Virus record (IMG/VR): IMGVR_UViG_3300029414_000238
Strand: one strand, 5' to 3'
Origin: a virus
Length of the DNA: 64,000 nt
Positions 18,736 through 29,443 of the stretch are shown one piece after another. The notes beneath the pieces are model-generated. The model ran no database searches and was not told where the DNA came from. It was given only the letters and a program-made list of their open reading frames with translations. The position numbers and the translations under genes were made by a program. The stretch's first letter is position 1; each line of letters starts with the position of its first letter.

Positions 18736-20471
18736 TCCTTCAGTCACTTGTGAAATTATATGAAACACTTGCGGATCAGGGAAAAGTGTCCCGTCCTGGC
18801 TGGTGTAATGCAAAGGTATCCTATGCGGTGGTTTTAAACCATGATGGGACGATTAAAGATATTGTTTCCGTGAAACAGAAAGTGAAGAGAGGAAAGAAGA
18901 CTGTTGAAATTCCAATAATTATGCAGGTTCCAGAGATGGTCACCCGCGCTAACAACATTGCCTCCAGCTTTCTCTGCGAAAATGCAAAGTATCTCTTTGG
19001 GATTGACGAAAAGATGAGTTTGCGTACACTGGAATGTTTTAAGGCGGCAAAGAAAAAACATCTTGATATTCTTGATGTTGTGGATTCACCTGTAGCACAG
19101 ACGGTATGTAACTTTTTCCGTTCATGGGATCCGGAACAGGCGTTGGATCAACCGGCTGTTGCAAAACTTGCAGAAGAGTTTTATAAAGGCGGAAACCTCG
19201 TTTTTGAAGTAGATGGGGAATATGTGCATGATAATGAAGAAGTCCGCAGGGCATGGATGGATTACAGCAGTGTACCATATGAAATGGTAACTGGAAGATG
19301 CCTTATTACTGGAGAGGAAGCGGAGATTGCCCGCACGCACGGGAAAATCAAAGGAGTTCCGGGAGCACAGTCATCTGGCGCGTCGCTTGTATCATTTAAC
19401 GGAGCATCCCTTGAGTCTTATGAAAAAACACAGAGCTACAACGCGCCGATTAGCACCTATGCGGCGTATGCATATGTGACCGCGCTGAATTACTTGCTTT
19501 CTACGGACGGGTATCACAGCAAGGTAGGAGATTCCATGGTGGTTTTCTGGACAGATTCCGGGGATGTGGATGATGTGAGCAGACTGCGGAAGATGATGGG
19601 AAGCATCAATGAAAAGGATCACACCCCTACAGATACGGATGAAAAACTGTACGTCCTCTGCCTTGCACCAAATGCCGGGCGAATTGCAGTCCGGTTCTTC
19701 TATGAGGATGCGATCGGGGTAATCTGGGAAAACCTGTCCGAACATGCCAGTCGGATGAAGATTGTAAAACCAGTATTTGAGGATCAAGAATTTATCAATA
19801 TCTGGCAGATGCTCATGGAGACAGTCAACCAGAATCTTACAGATAAAATACCTGTCCCGCATATGTCAGCAATGACGTTACAGTCAGTCATTTCGGATAC
19901 ACCGTATCCGCAGAGTCTGTATGCAGGTGTGTTATCTCGTATCCGCGCGGAGCACAAAGGTGTTACTTACAGAAAAGCATCGATTATTAAAGCTTTTTTA
20001 ATAAAGAACTACAAATGGGAGGAAGGAAAAAATATGGAAGCATTAAATGAAGGCTGTAAGGATCGGGCATATATCCTTGGAAGACTGTTTGCGGTTATGG
20101 AAAAGGCACAGAAAGAAGCAGTTGGCAATATCAACCAGACAATTTGTGATAAGTTTTACAATTCCGCGTGCACAACACCAAGATCGATCTTTCCAGTACT
20201 GATCAGGCTATCTAACAGTCATTTAAGTAAGTTGAAACGGACAAAACCGGGGAGAGGATATTATTTTACAGCTAAAATGCAGGATTTAATGGATAAAATT
20301 CCGGTAACAGATGATGATCCGGGATTCCCGCGGCGTTTCTCATATGAGGATCAGGGTAAGTTTGCACTTGGTTATTATCATCAGATGCGGGCGGAATATA
20401 CAAGCAGTAAGTTAAAAGATAATGATTCAGAAGGTGATCAGACAAATGCAGAGAATATGGAGGAAAACTAA
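18732..20471 (+). CDS. cas8c: Cas8c (Csd1, type I-C large subunit)
   Basis: 579 aa; MILQSLVKLYETL is the typical Csd1 start; it lies between cas5 and cas7. Confidence 0.8.
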   Translation: MILQSLVKLYETLADQGKVSRPGWCNAKVSYAVVLNHDGTIKDIVSVKQKVKRGKKTVEIPIIMQVPEMVTRANNIASSFLCENAKYLFGIDEKMSLRTLECFKAAKKKHLDILDVVDSPVAQTVCNFFRSWDPEQALDQPAVAKLAEEFYKGGNLVFEVDGEYVHDNEEVRRAWMDYSSVPYEMVTGRCLITGEEAEIARTHGKIKGVPGAQSSGASLVSFNGASLESYEKTQSYNAPISTYAAYAYVTALNYLLSTDGYHSKVGDSMVVFWTDSGDVDDVSRLRKMMGSINEKDHTPTDTDEKLYVLCLAPNAGRIAVRFFYEDAIGVIWENLSEHASRMKIVKPVFEDQEFINIWQMLMETVNQNLTDKIPVPHMSAMTLQSVISDTPYPQSLYAGVLSRIRAEHKGVTYRKASIIKAFLIKNYKWEEGKNMEALNEGCKDRAYILGRLFAVMEKAQKEAVGNINQTICDKFYNSACTTPRSIFPVLIRLSNSHLSKLKRTKPGRGYYFTAKMQDLMDKIPVTDDDPGFPRRFSYEDQGKFALGYYHQMRAEYTSSKLKDNDSEGDQTNAENMEEN

Positions 20472-20472
20472 G

Positions 20473-21384
20473 ATGAGCACACCAATTAAGAACAGATATG
20501 ATTTCGTAGTATTATTCGACGTAGAGAATGGAAATCCGAACGGTGATCCGGATGCCGGAAATATGCCGAGAGTTGATCCAGAGACTGGCATCGGGCTTGT
20601 GACAGATGCCTGCATAAAGCGCAAGATCCGTAATTATGTGGAAACTGTAAAAGAAGATGCAGCCGGGTTCAAGATCTATATTAAAGAGGGGGTCCCGCTG
20701 AACCGGAGTGACCTTAAGGCAGTCGAAAGTCTTGGTATTGACGTCGGTGACGACAAAAATGCACTTGAAGATGTAAAGAAGCTGAAAAAGACAGATGAAG
20801 ATGTGGATCTTAAGCTCCGTGACTATATGTGTAGTAATTTCTATGATATCCGTACATTTGGTGCTGTCTTGACTACCTTTACAAAGGCGGCATTAAACTG
20901 TGGGCAGGTACGTGGCCCGGTACAGATTGGTTTTGCAAAAAGTATTGATCCTGTTTTCAGCCAGGATATTACTGTAACCAGAGTTGCAATCACAACGGAA
21001 AAGGATGCGGAAAAGAAAAATACAGAAATGGGAAGAAAGAGTATTATTCCTTATGGACTTTACCGTGTGGAGGGATATATTTCTGCTAATCTTGCCCGTA
21101 AGACCACCGGCTTTTCTGAAGACGATCTGGAACTGCTTTGGGAAGCAATCATTAACATGTTTGAGAATGACCATTCCGCAGCACGCGGGAAGATGGCAGT
21201 GCGTGAGCTCATCGTATTCAAGCATAACAGCGAGCTTGGCAATTGTCCATCGTACAAACTGTTTGAAACTGTTGATGTTAAGAAGAATGATGGTGTTGAG
21301 TTTCCTCGTAAATATTCCGATTATGCAGTGACTATTCATGAGGATGCGATTCCGGATGGCGTGACAATGACTCGCAAAATCTAA
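20473..21384 (+). CDS. cas7: Cas7c (Csd2, type I-C)
   Basis: MSTPIKNRYDFVVLFDVENGNPNGDPDAGNMPRVDPETGIGLVTDACIKRKIRNYV is the Csd2 signature. ATG 20473 sits 1 nt after the cas8c stop; the ORF-track start at 20422 is an artefactual extension. Confidence 0.85.
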   Translation: MSTPIKNRYDFVVLFDVENGNPNGDPDAGNMPRVDPETGIGLVTDACIKRKIRNYVETVKEDAAGFKIYIKEGVPLNRSDLKAVESLGIDVGDDKNALEDVKKLKKTDEDVDLKLRDYMCSNFYDIRTFGAVLTTFTKAALNCGQVRGPVQIGFAKSIDPVFSQDITVTRVAITTEKDAEKKNTEMGRKSIIPYGLYRVEGYISANLARKTTGFSEDDLELLWEAIINMFENDHSAARGKMAVRELIVFKHNSELGNCPSYKLFETVDVKKNDGVEFPRKYSDYAVTIHEDAIPDGVTMTRKI

Positions 21385-21634
21385 AAAGATTTCCAGAGAT
21401 TACAAGGCAACCCGCGTTTTGCGGGCTGCATCTGCTTGGGTTATGCCGAAATGTAGAATTCCGGTGCGAACTGAAAGCTTACATAGCTTCTCTGGGAGAC
21501 TCGCACCGGAAATGGAGGTATTAGTGTACAAAAAGAACACAAAACCCAACTGTATAAGGCCGTTTGAGAACAATTAATTAGAGGAATTGTTTATATTTTG
21601 GCGATCGGGAGAGTTGTTTCTGTTCACTTTTACA

Positions 21635-22346
21635 GCTACGCCCCATGGAGGGGCGTATGGATTGAAAATACCGCAACAATTAAAGGCAATGAAAATCTTG
21701 TACGCTACGCCCCATGGAGGGGCGTATGGATTGAAAATGATTGTTATTGTTTTTTATTCATGGAGAGGAAAGCTACGCCCCATGGAGGGGCGTATGGATT
21801 GAAAAGTAAGGTTTCGTCTCGAAGCCTTTATTCTGTTTTGCTGCGCCCCATGGAGGGGCGTATGGATTGAAATACCAAAATCTTTTGACATTCTTATAAA
21901 TGGTAACAGCTACGTCTTATGGGGTACGTATGGATTGAAATCATAATAATTGTAGAGATCTCAATACAAAATAAAGCTGCGTCTCATGGAATACGTATGG
22001 ATTGAAATGAAAAGGCGAGTTTGCGAAAGCAGATATTGGAATGTTGCGTCTCGTGGAGTACGTATGGATTGAAATTCCAACTTTAACTACATAACTATCC
22101 TGATAAACTTGCTGCACCCCATGGAGAGTGTATGGATTGAAATTTAAAAAATCATGGATAACATCTGCGATAAGACGTTGCACCTCGCTAGGGGTGTATG
22201 GGTTGAAATTTCCATAATCGGTAGCCAATTATTATCATTAGGTGTTGCACCCCATAGAGGGTGTATGGATTGAAATTATATAAAAATGATGAATATGTAA
22301 AAAAAATAAAAGAGTTACGCTCCATGGAGTGCGTATGGCTTGAAAC
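21635..22346 (+). CRISPR. CRISPR array, 11 repeats of 33 nt and 10 spacers of 33-37 nt, type I-C repeat family
   Basis: The first four leader-proximal repeats are identical (gctacgccccatggaggggcgtatggattgaaa); later repeats diverge progressively (..gtcttatggggtac.., ..gcaccccatagagggtg..). The period is 66-70 nt and the last repeat ends GAAAC. ORFs 21587-21870 and 21941-22228 are artefacts of the repeats. Confidence 0.9.
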
Positions 22347-22417
22347 CTCTTATTTTTTTAAAGATATCACAATTACGCCCAAAGTGGGCTTACGTAAATT
22401 TAAAGGAGAAAAGTACA

Positions 22418-23064
22418 TGTCAAAAACAAAAGGAATATCAAAAAAGAAAGATATATTAAAGGTATTTTGGAATGAGTGTGCAGTATTTAAGGTAGTTGTT
22501 TGTATTCTTGCGTATGTGATACTCGGCTTTATCAATATACCAATTAACAGGTGGCTTACATTTCATGTACCTAAATGGTTAGATGGGAAACTACATGATA
22601 TAACAGGATCATTTTTTGTTCTTCCTATCCTTGAAGTATTAGCGGTCACTTTAATTTATCTTATCGCTAATGGATGCTTTTATTTCATCAGCAAGATGAT
22701 CGCGTACAGGAATTACTGTTACATTCCGCTTACGGAAGATGAAATTAAAGGAAAGAAATTTAAGAATGCAAATGAGTATTTTTCCTATGTCCTCAATGTC
22801 CTTTCCTATGGTTTTAAGAATGAAAAAGAAAATCTCCAGGTTAGTGATGATGATCTTCGAGAAATGCTTATAACTTGTCTGATTGTATTCCCTGATAATG
22901 GGACAATATTTCAGATAAAACCAGAAACTGCGTGGAATGTTTCAGACGACATCCTTTTCTCCGAAGCCGTTGAATTGAATTGCGGAAAAGCAGAAATAAT
23001 TGATAAGCATGTTGTATTGTCTGGTGATAATAGAAACGGCAAAAGAGAAGAATATACAGTGTGA
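22418..23064 (+). CDS. membrane protein (paralog of 1636-1926)
   Basis: MSKTKGISKKKDILKVFWNECAV... The ORF-track start at 22261 runs through CRISPR repeats; ATG 22418 follows AAAGGAGAAAAG. Confidence 0.5.
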
Positions 23065-23115
23065 AAGTTGATAGGTCCTCATTCGAATTTTTTATCAAAT
23101 TATGGAGGAATGGCA

Positions 23116-23640
23116 ATGGAAACAATAAGAGATTACGAAGCAATGGTATACGTACTTGAACATAACCGGAAAAGTGCCGGAACAGGTGAAAATATCAGTT
23201 GGAAGAAAATATCATATGAAAAGTTAAGTAAAGAGATGAAAAGCTATACCGGACGGATTAAGCGTATGCTTGGAGAACTTATATTAAACGGACGGATAGA
23301 GATTAAAACAGAACGTCCTTTTGTTTACCGTGTTCTTATTAAATCCGTGTTTACAGAAGAAGAATTTAAGGAATACCAGGATACCCGTCTTCTTGGAAAA
23401 TTCCATGACTCATTATCAAAATTAACTGATACTGTGGAAACTGCTTCCGAAACAGTACAAGCTGTTTGGCGTCCAAGTGAAGCTATGCAGAAACGCCAGA
23501 CGGGTGCGGGGAATACGTTTGTGTATAGCAAAGGGAATTCTTTAAGCGTGCATGAGAGTTTTGAACGGTCAAAACAGAACCGGGAATACCGGCCGGCAGG
23601 AGAAAAGGCAGGAAAGAGAAAAGCTGTAACGATATGGTAA
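23116..23640 (+). CDS. hypothetical protein
   Basis: ATG 23116 follows GGAGGAATGGCA; 174 aa. Confidence 0.45.
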   Translation: METIRDYEAMVYVLEHNRKSAGTGENISWKKISYEKLSKEMKSYTGRIKRMLGELILNGRIEIKTERPFVYRVLIKSVFTEEEFKEYQDTRLLGKFHDSLSKLTDTVETASETVQAVWRPSEAMQKRQTGAGNTFVYSKGNSLSVHESFERSKQNREYRPAGEKAGKRKAVTIW

Positions 23641-23668
23641 TTAAAAAGTAGGAAGGAAGTGAAGCGGA

Positions 23669-24133
23669 ATGTATGGTCTTATTATTAAGAAAAAATGGTT
23701 GGATTTAATCATGAGCGGGCAGAAGACTCTGGAGATCCGCGGAAGCAGGACTTCCCATGCAGGAGAAGAGATTGCGCTTCTCGAAAGCGGATCACAGAAG
23801 ATCCGTGGTTTTTGTACGATTAAAGAAGTAACGGCCTTGGATAAAGGAAAATGGGAAGCACACAGGGATCGCCATTGCGTGGATGTGCCGTGGGAAAATC
23901 TTATTAAACGATATAAGACGCCATATGCGTGGCACTTATCTTCAATCACACCAACGGAGGAACTTACATATGAGCATCCAAAGGGTGCCGTGATCTGGGT
24001 TAACCTGGATCATGTTCCTGTATTTAAAAAAATGAACAATAAAGGAAGAAATTGTCATGAACAAATCAAGGGAACCAGCTTGCACAAATATTTCATCTCG
24101 GGAGGGTTCTATGGAAAATATCATAACTTATAA
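23669..24133 (+). CDS. ASCH/PUA-like domain protein
   Basis: MYGLIIKKKWLDLIMSGQKTLEIRGSRT matches the ASCH N-terminal pattern (K..W...I..G.KT.E.R). Confidence 0.45.
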   Translation: MYGLIIKKKWLDLIMSGQKTLEIRGSRTSHAGEEIALLESGSQKIRGFCTIKEVTALDKGKWEAHRDRHCVDVPWENLIKRYKTPYAWHLSSITPTEELTYEHPKGAVIWVNLDHVPVFKKMNNKGRNCHEQIKGTSLHKYFISGGFYGKYHNL

Positions 24134-24515
24134 AACGACAAACTTATTTTCAACACCAGATCTGGTTTCTCTTTTCACATCTGTTGGATGGGTTAATGAA
24201 AGTGCAGAATATCCTAATCGATTGGAAAATGCAATGTATCATTCAGATATTGTTTTTAGCGCATGGGACGGAGATAAGCTTGTTGGTTTATTAAGTACCA
24301 TAAGTGATACAATGCATGTTTATATAACATATCTTCTAGTCGATCCATCTTATCAAAATAGAAAGATAGGTACTAAATTGTTAAATATGTTTGAAAAACA
24401 TTATGTTAATTACAAAAAAGAACTTAAAACGGAGAAAGCATCAGATTATTATAAACGCTTTGGGTGGCATTCGGATTCTGTGGGGATGGTTAAGAATGAT
24501 CTTCCCCCTTTATGA
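24108..24515 (+). CDS. GNAT family N-acetyltransferase
   Basis: LVGLLSTISDTMHVYITYLLVDPSYQNRKIGTKLLNMFEKHY is the acetyl-CoA-binding motif A region. The start is ambiguous between 24057 and 24108. Confidence 0.55.
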   Translation, partial: SMENIITYKTTNLFSTPDLVSLFTSVGWVNESAEYPNRLENAMYHSDIVFSAWDGDKLVGLLSTISDTMHVYITYLLVDPSYQNRKIGTKLLNMFEKHYVNYKKELKTEKASDYYKRFGWHSDSVGMVKNDLPPL

Positions 24516-24670
24516 TTATTGATTCTTAACAAATGCACCAATTGCGAAGTAGAAGGAGACGCAAATGTCATATATGAGTGAGTGGATTTATTCCGAAGAA
24601 GATGCATATTTTATTATTTTAGCAGTTGCTGATATTGTAACAGGGATTTCAACACTTGGAGGTTTTAACC

Positions 24671-25096
24671 ATGAATAACGTTGTATTGATAATTATAGCT
24701 ATTGCCACAACATTTGTAATTGATAAAGTATTTGATGATGTTCTAAGTCCTGCTGCAAAGTTTATTGTGACATTGTTGACGATATTGTTTTTCGTTTTTA
24801 TTTATGTTTTTGGACAGTATGCAGCGGGTTCTGCCACTGCTGAACTACACAAATTTGTAGAACAACTTGATACGGAACAGCAGAATCAGGTAGTTGAGAC
24901 AGAAAAACAAGCTAATCCAAAAAAGCAAACAAGAAAAGAGCAGGAAGAGAAATTACATAAACTTGCCGCATCTGGTAAAGCGAAGATTGTAATAGATGGT
25001 GAACCGACAAGTGATGAGTTTGATATTGATGGCATTAAATTAAAAGATTATGATATCAAATTTAAGAATGGAAAAGTCTATTTGATATCAAAATAG
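24671..25096 (+). CDS. membrane protein with a C-terminal KxKNGKVYLISK tail (shared with 35029-35250)
   Basis: N-terminal TM helices; the tail DIDGIKLKDYDIKFKNGKVYLISK matches DINGINLDKYNIKIKEGKIYLIDK. Confidence 0.45.
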   Translation: MNNVVLIIIAIATTFVIDKVFDDVLSPAAKFIVTLLTILFFVFIYVFGQYAAGSATAELHKFVEQLDTEQQNQVVETEKQANPKKQTRKEQEEKLHKLAASGKAKIVIDGEPTSDEFDIDGIKLKDYDIKFKNGKVYLISK

Positions 25097-25333
25097 GAAG
25101 CTATTACTATGTATTTCATTACTCTTATCTAAGTTTTGTTAGAATTAAAGAGGTTTGTCATGCTTATTGTTTTGAGCGTCATTATAGTATTTATGGGTAA
25201 TTCAGAATGGGTATCCTGCAAGAATTGTAATAGAAAAATCTGAGGCTATTAATTCATTATTCTTTCCTAAAAATACAGAAGCCAAAGATTAGATTATTCT
25301 TGCAAAAATGCATTTAAGGAGGAACAAATTTTA

Positions 25334-25822
25334 ATGAATACGTTGGAAAATTTAGAAATGGTATTGTTTGACTTTGATGATACGCTGTGTATACATAGTC
25401 ATCGCTCAGATTCTTATGAGGAACTGATGGAATATTTGTCATATATTCATTCAGGTGAAACATTTCCAAAATCATGGAATAAATCAAAACCGAATTTGCA
25501 GTTAAAGAAATTCATGGATTATCTTGCTTATAAGAATATCCCTATGGGTTTAATTAGCGGAGTGCGTGATTGTAAGACTGCGGAAAGAAAGATCAAATGG
25601 GTTAAAGAAAATTACGGTTACTTACTGGAAAATTACTGTGTATCCAGTCAGGAACAGAAGATTATTGAACTTAAGGTCCTTGCAAAGGTTAACAGGCTTC
25701 ATGAAAACCAGATTGCTATTATCGACGATTTATATCCCAATCTTGAAAAAGCAGAAAGTGAAGGTTTCGTTGCTCTTTCCCCAATGCAGGTTGTCAATTT
25801 ATTTAATGAAATATCTAAATAG
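25334..25822 (+). CDS. HAD-superfamily hydrolase-like protein
   Basis: Motif I VLFDFDDTL; paralog of the N-terminal half of 26012-27007. Confidence 0.5.
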   Translation: MNTLENLEMVLFDFDDTLCIHSHRSDSYEELMEYLSYIHSGETFPKSWNKSKPNLQLKKFMDYLAYKNIPMGLISGVRDCKTAERKIKWVKENYGYLLENYCVSSQEQKIIELKVLAKVNRLHENQIAIIDDLYPNLEKAESEGFVALSPMQVVNLFNEISK

Positions 25823-26011
25823 AGACCTACTGATACTGCCGAGATTGCACAAGATTACGATTTTCCATTGCAGGATATGTGAGAGATAATTTGTTGAATT
25901 AGAGGTGATTATATTGGATTTATTTGGAAGAGATTTATGGACCCAAGCAGATGAAGATTTTTTAGGTAGAAAGTGTTATTTGTTGCAAAGTACGGTTGGA
26001 AGGGGATTTTA

Positions 26012-27007
26012 ATGAATAAGTTGGAAAATTTAAAAATGGTGCTGTTTGACTTTGATGATACATTGGCTGTGCATAGTCAAGGACATCGCATAAGCGATCA
26101 TCTGATGAAATATATGATAAACGTGCATTCTGGAAGTAAAGAATTATGGAATACCTCGAAACCGAATTTACAATTAAAGAAATTCATGGATTATCTCGCC
26201 TGTAAGAACATTTCTATGGGATTGATTAGTGGAGTACATGATTGTAAAGCCGCGGAAAGAAAAATCGAATGGGTCAAAGAAAACTATGGGTATTCATTAG
26301 AGAATTATTGTGTATCCAGTCAAGAACAGAAGATGATTGAATTATCAACCATTGCAGAGGTTAATGGATTTCATGAAAGCCAGATTGCTCTTGTTGATGA
26401 CTACTATGAAAATCTCGGAAATGCTGAAAAAATGGGATTTACAACATTTTCTCCTATGGAAATTGTTAATTTGGTTAATTGCTTTCAAAATACAGATTTG
26501 GAAAAAATGTTGATCAGCCCTGATCCTGGGTGGGGGATAAATTTACGAAATAAATACATATTCTGGGATATAGACGGCACTTTAGCGGAATACCGGTTTA
26601 ACGGGCATGTTTCAGATCCGGAAGGTACTGATAACGGTATGAGTTTAAAAGAAATTGAGGATGGGGTTTTTCTCAAGAGAAAACCATCTTATCATATGCA
26701 GATGGTATTGTCTACATGTGGCGCGAAGCAGAACATTGTAATGGGGCACTGCCAGGTACAGAAAAAAATGGATGATAAACAGCTCTGGCTGGACAAGTAT
26801 TATCCAAGTATCACAGAACGTTTACTTGTGTCGGAAGATAAATCGAAAGCAGATACCATTTTGCAATACTGTAAGGATCATGATATTAGCTTGCAAGATG
26901 TGGTATTTGTTGATGACACGATTCCATTTCTCCGCGAAGCAGAGCGAAAAGGGATTAAATCATTTCATATCAGCAGTTTTTTGGATTGGGATTTCGAAAG
27001 GAGGTAA
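26012..27007 (+). CDS. tandem HAD-like two-domain protein
   Basis: An N-terminal domain with VLFDFDDTL (about 70% identical to 25334) and a second domain with IFWDIDGTLAEY. Confidence 0.5.
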   Translation: MNKLENLKMVLFDFDDTLAVHSQGHRISDHLMKYMINVHSGSKELWNTSKPNLQLKKFMDYLACKNISMGLISGVHDCKAAERKIEWVKENYGYSLENYCVSSQEQKMIELSTIAEVNGFHESQIALVDDYYENLGNAEKMGFTTFSPMEIVNLVNCFQNTDLEKMLISPDPGWGINLRNKYIFWDIDGTLAEYRFNGHVSDPEGTDNGMSLKEIEDGVFLKRKPSYHMQMVLSTCGAKQNIVMGHCQVQKKMDDKQLWLDKYYPSITERLLVSEDKSKADTILQYCKDHDISLQDVVFVDDTIPFLREAERKGIKSFHISSFLDWDFERR

Positions 27008-27011
27008 CATA

Positions 27012-28079
27012 ATGGATTTATGTATTGACTACAACTTGTTGTTTGCAGAATTAAAGAAACATGGTTTCTGCCTTGGTTTTTCAACAATTGAGAATGTTGC
27101 GCTTTCAAAGGATCAGGTGGATTACTGGCATCGTGGCAATTTCATTTGTTGTGTAAAATCAAAGGGATTAATTGCAACTTATGTATGCTTTATTACTGGT
27201 GATGAATTGAAAGATGAATTCTCTACTTATAAGAGTGTTCATGAGTATTTGAATTTCACAGATACTATAGAAGCTCAGCGGAGACCATCAATCATTAAAG
27301 CATTTGAAAACGTTTTATTTGCCAGTTATTCTGATGCAGTTGCTAAATATAATCAGATGCTTGCTGTTTTTCCAAAATTTACACCAGCATTTAAAGAATT
27401 GTTTGCAGAAGAAATGGATGCTCTTGCAGTATCTAATACGTCAATTCAGGTTAAACCTGATTTGTCTAAAATTTATATAAATAAAGAGCATGAATATTGT
27501 TACATCTCAGCTGTTACACCGGATAGTGTTTGTGTTAACCGGCTCACCGCTGTATCTTTTGAAAAAGAGCTGGATTATCGTGAATTGCAGCAATACACTG
27601 CCGTTCCAGAAGTTTTTGACGAATTACGTTCACTTCTGTTAACAGTATTACACGGTCTTTCTTCTGTTATCAAGATAAATAATCTGCCTGAAGATAACAG
27701 TGTTTCTTTGAAATATTATAATGAAACCGATGAATTCCGTGATACAAGATATACTGCAGTTGGTCAAAATTTCGAATTGATACTTATCAATATGCTTGGT
27801 GCTTCCTGTTATTTGAGTGATAAGTCTCGTACACATGATTCAGATAATAAGTGTCACGCATACGATATTGCTGATGTTTTTTCAGCAAATGCTAAAGCCA
27901 AACGTATTCATGATTTTCTTGTAAAACTCATGAAAGAGTTTGCGCCTATTTTAGCAGGTGACCTGGCATTGCGGAAGCAGCTTTTCGATTATTTGTATAC
28001 ACTTGAGGATGGTGATAATTCCGTTAATGCGCAGCAACCAGGGTTGCCAGATAATACGGATTCTTTGCCTCATAAATAG
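27012..28079 (+). CDS. hypothetical protein (355 aa)
   Basis: ATG 27012 follows GAAAGGAGG; the ORF-track start at 26772 is an overlapping-frame artefact. Confidence 0.45.
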   Translation: MDLCIDYNLLFAELKKHGFCLGFSTIENVALSKDQVDYWHRGNFICCVKSKGLIATYVCFITGDELKDEFSTYKSVHEYLNFTDTIEAQRRPSIIKAFENVLFASYSDAVAKYNQMLAVFPKFTPAFKELFAEEMDALAVSNTSIQVKPDLSKIYINKEHEYCYISAVTPDSVCVNRLTAVSFEKELDYRELQQYTAVPEVFDELRSLLLTVLHGLSSVIKINNLPEDNSVSLKYYNETDEFRDTRYTAVGQNFELILINMLGASCYLSDKSRTHDSDNKCHAYDIADVFSANAKAKRIHDFLVKLMKEFAPILAGDLALRKQLFDYLYTLEDGDNSVNAQQPGLPDNTDSLPHK

Positions 28080-28107
28080 GAAGAAAAAGGAGGAAAATAA
28101 TTGCGAT

Positions 28108-28890
28108 ATGTATACTAAAATATATGCTATTTTTACGACAGTGGTTAAATATTTTATTCTGGCGTGTGGTATATCCTTATTACTATTTTTCTTTTATGAT
28201 AATGAATTAGAACCAACAAAAGACAATATTAAATGTGTAGTTAGCATAATATATATGAATTTATTAACTGCAGTAGTAATTACATATTTATTTAAAAAAT
28301 TAATTGGTAGTATTAAGGAAGACGTTGTAAATGCAAAGCCGTATGGAAAAGCGCAAATAGGAAATAAAGAAAAAACGTATGAGAATATAAGAGAAATGAT
28401 TACTGTTCACGAAGCAGGTCATGCAGTAATGTCTTATTTAAAAAATGCAGATACAATTATTGTGAATGCTTCTCTTTGCGAACCCAATGTAGTATCGGGA
28501 TATGATAGCGTAGTAAATGCAGAAGTTGTGAAAAGCATGATACTTATTAAATACGCAGGAGCAATAGCAGAAGAATTAATATTTGGACATTATGATGCAG
28601 GTTCTTTTCTCGGATCTAATTCAGATTTTAAAAATGCGACGGAATTAATTAAGGGCTACATTACTATGATTGATCCAGAACGGAGCAAAACACTATTAGA
28701 TGACGAACTGAAAGATCAACTTATAGATATATCAAAAACTTTTTATCAAGAATGCAAAGAATTACTTAGCTGTAATATAAAATTAGTTGAACATTTATCT
28801 AATGTATTGACATACAAAGAAAGATTAACCACAGAAGAAGTACTTGAGATAATAAATGCTTTCAAGGAGAGCAAAGAAATAAATACTTAA
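28108..28890 (+). CDS. membrane-anchored FtsH-like M41 zinc metallopeptidase domain protein, lacking an AAA domain
   Basis: Two N-terminal TM helices; HEAGHAVMSY (the HExxH zinc site of FtsH proteases) and AGAIAEELIFGHYDAGSFLGSNSDFKNATELIKGYITM, which matches the FtsH GGRAAEE..FG..TTGA.ND...AT..AR pattern. Confidence 0.6.
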   Translation: MYTKIYAIFTTVVKYFILACGISLLLFFFYDNELEPTKDNIKCVVSIIYMNLLTAVVITYLFKKLIGSIKEDVVNAKPYGKAQIGNKEKTYENIREMITVHEAGHAVMSYLKNADTIIVNASLCEPNVVSGYDSVVNAEVVKSMILIKYAGAIAEELIFGHYDAGSFLGSNSDFKNATELIKGYITMIDPERSKTLLDDELKDQLIDISKTFYQECKELLSCNIKLVEHLSNVLTYKERLTTEEVLEIINAFKESKEINT

Positions 28891-29443
28891 ATTTTTATCA
28901 TTTCCGGATGTCACGATTATCTGCAATGATTGCCACGGCAGAGGCTTTGCGGTTGTTGCAGAGAGTATTCGTGAACTGTCCGACAATATAAAGCAGCTGA
29001 TTGAACAGAACAATAAGGATTGAAGATGATATCCTGTATTTAATGTCAAAGTGAAAGGAGAATTGTATATGGTTGTTATTATTGGAGCAATAATTGTTTT
29101 TTGCCTTTTCATGGGAGTTATTCTTATAATTTCCGGATGTCACGATTATAACGAAGCAAACAGAGGAATGGAGATTGGCATTGGTATTTCTCTTATCCTC
29201 GCCCCAATTGTTGTTACGTTGACATATCTGGCTTTTGGAGGTGTGTTGTAATTTCTTGCGGAGCAGAGCAGAGGAAGGCTCACCGGGCTCATGACCTGGG
29301 TGTCGGATGTTCGATTCCTTTCTCCGCAATTAATTTTAAAAAAGGGAGGTTATAACATGTTCTAACTGATTAAAAAACATAAACAAGCATTCGTTCAAAA
29401 GAAAGATTCGTATGTGAAAAAAGGATGGGAGGAAAAGAAAATC

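Noticed and set aside
21587-22228. ORFs 21587-21802, 21598-21870 and 21941-22228, with PHGGAYGLK-type repeats in their translations
   Set aside because: They lie entirely within the CRISPR array. The repeated peptide is just the translated repeat (ccccatggaggggcgtatggattgaaa). These are artefacts.
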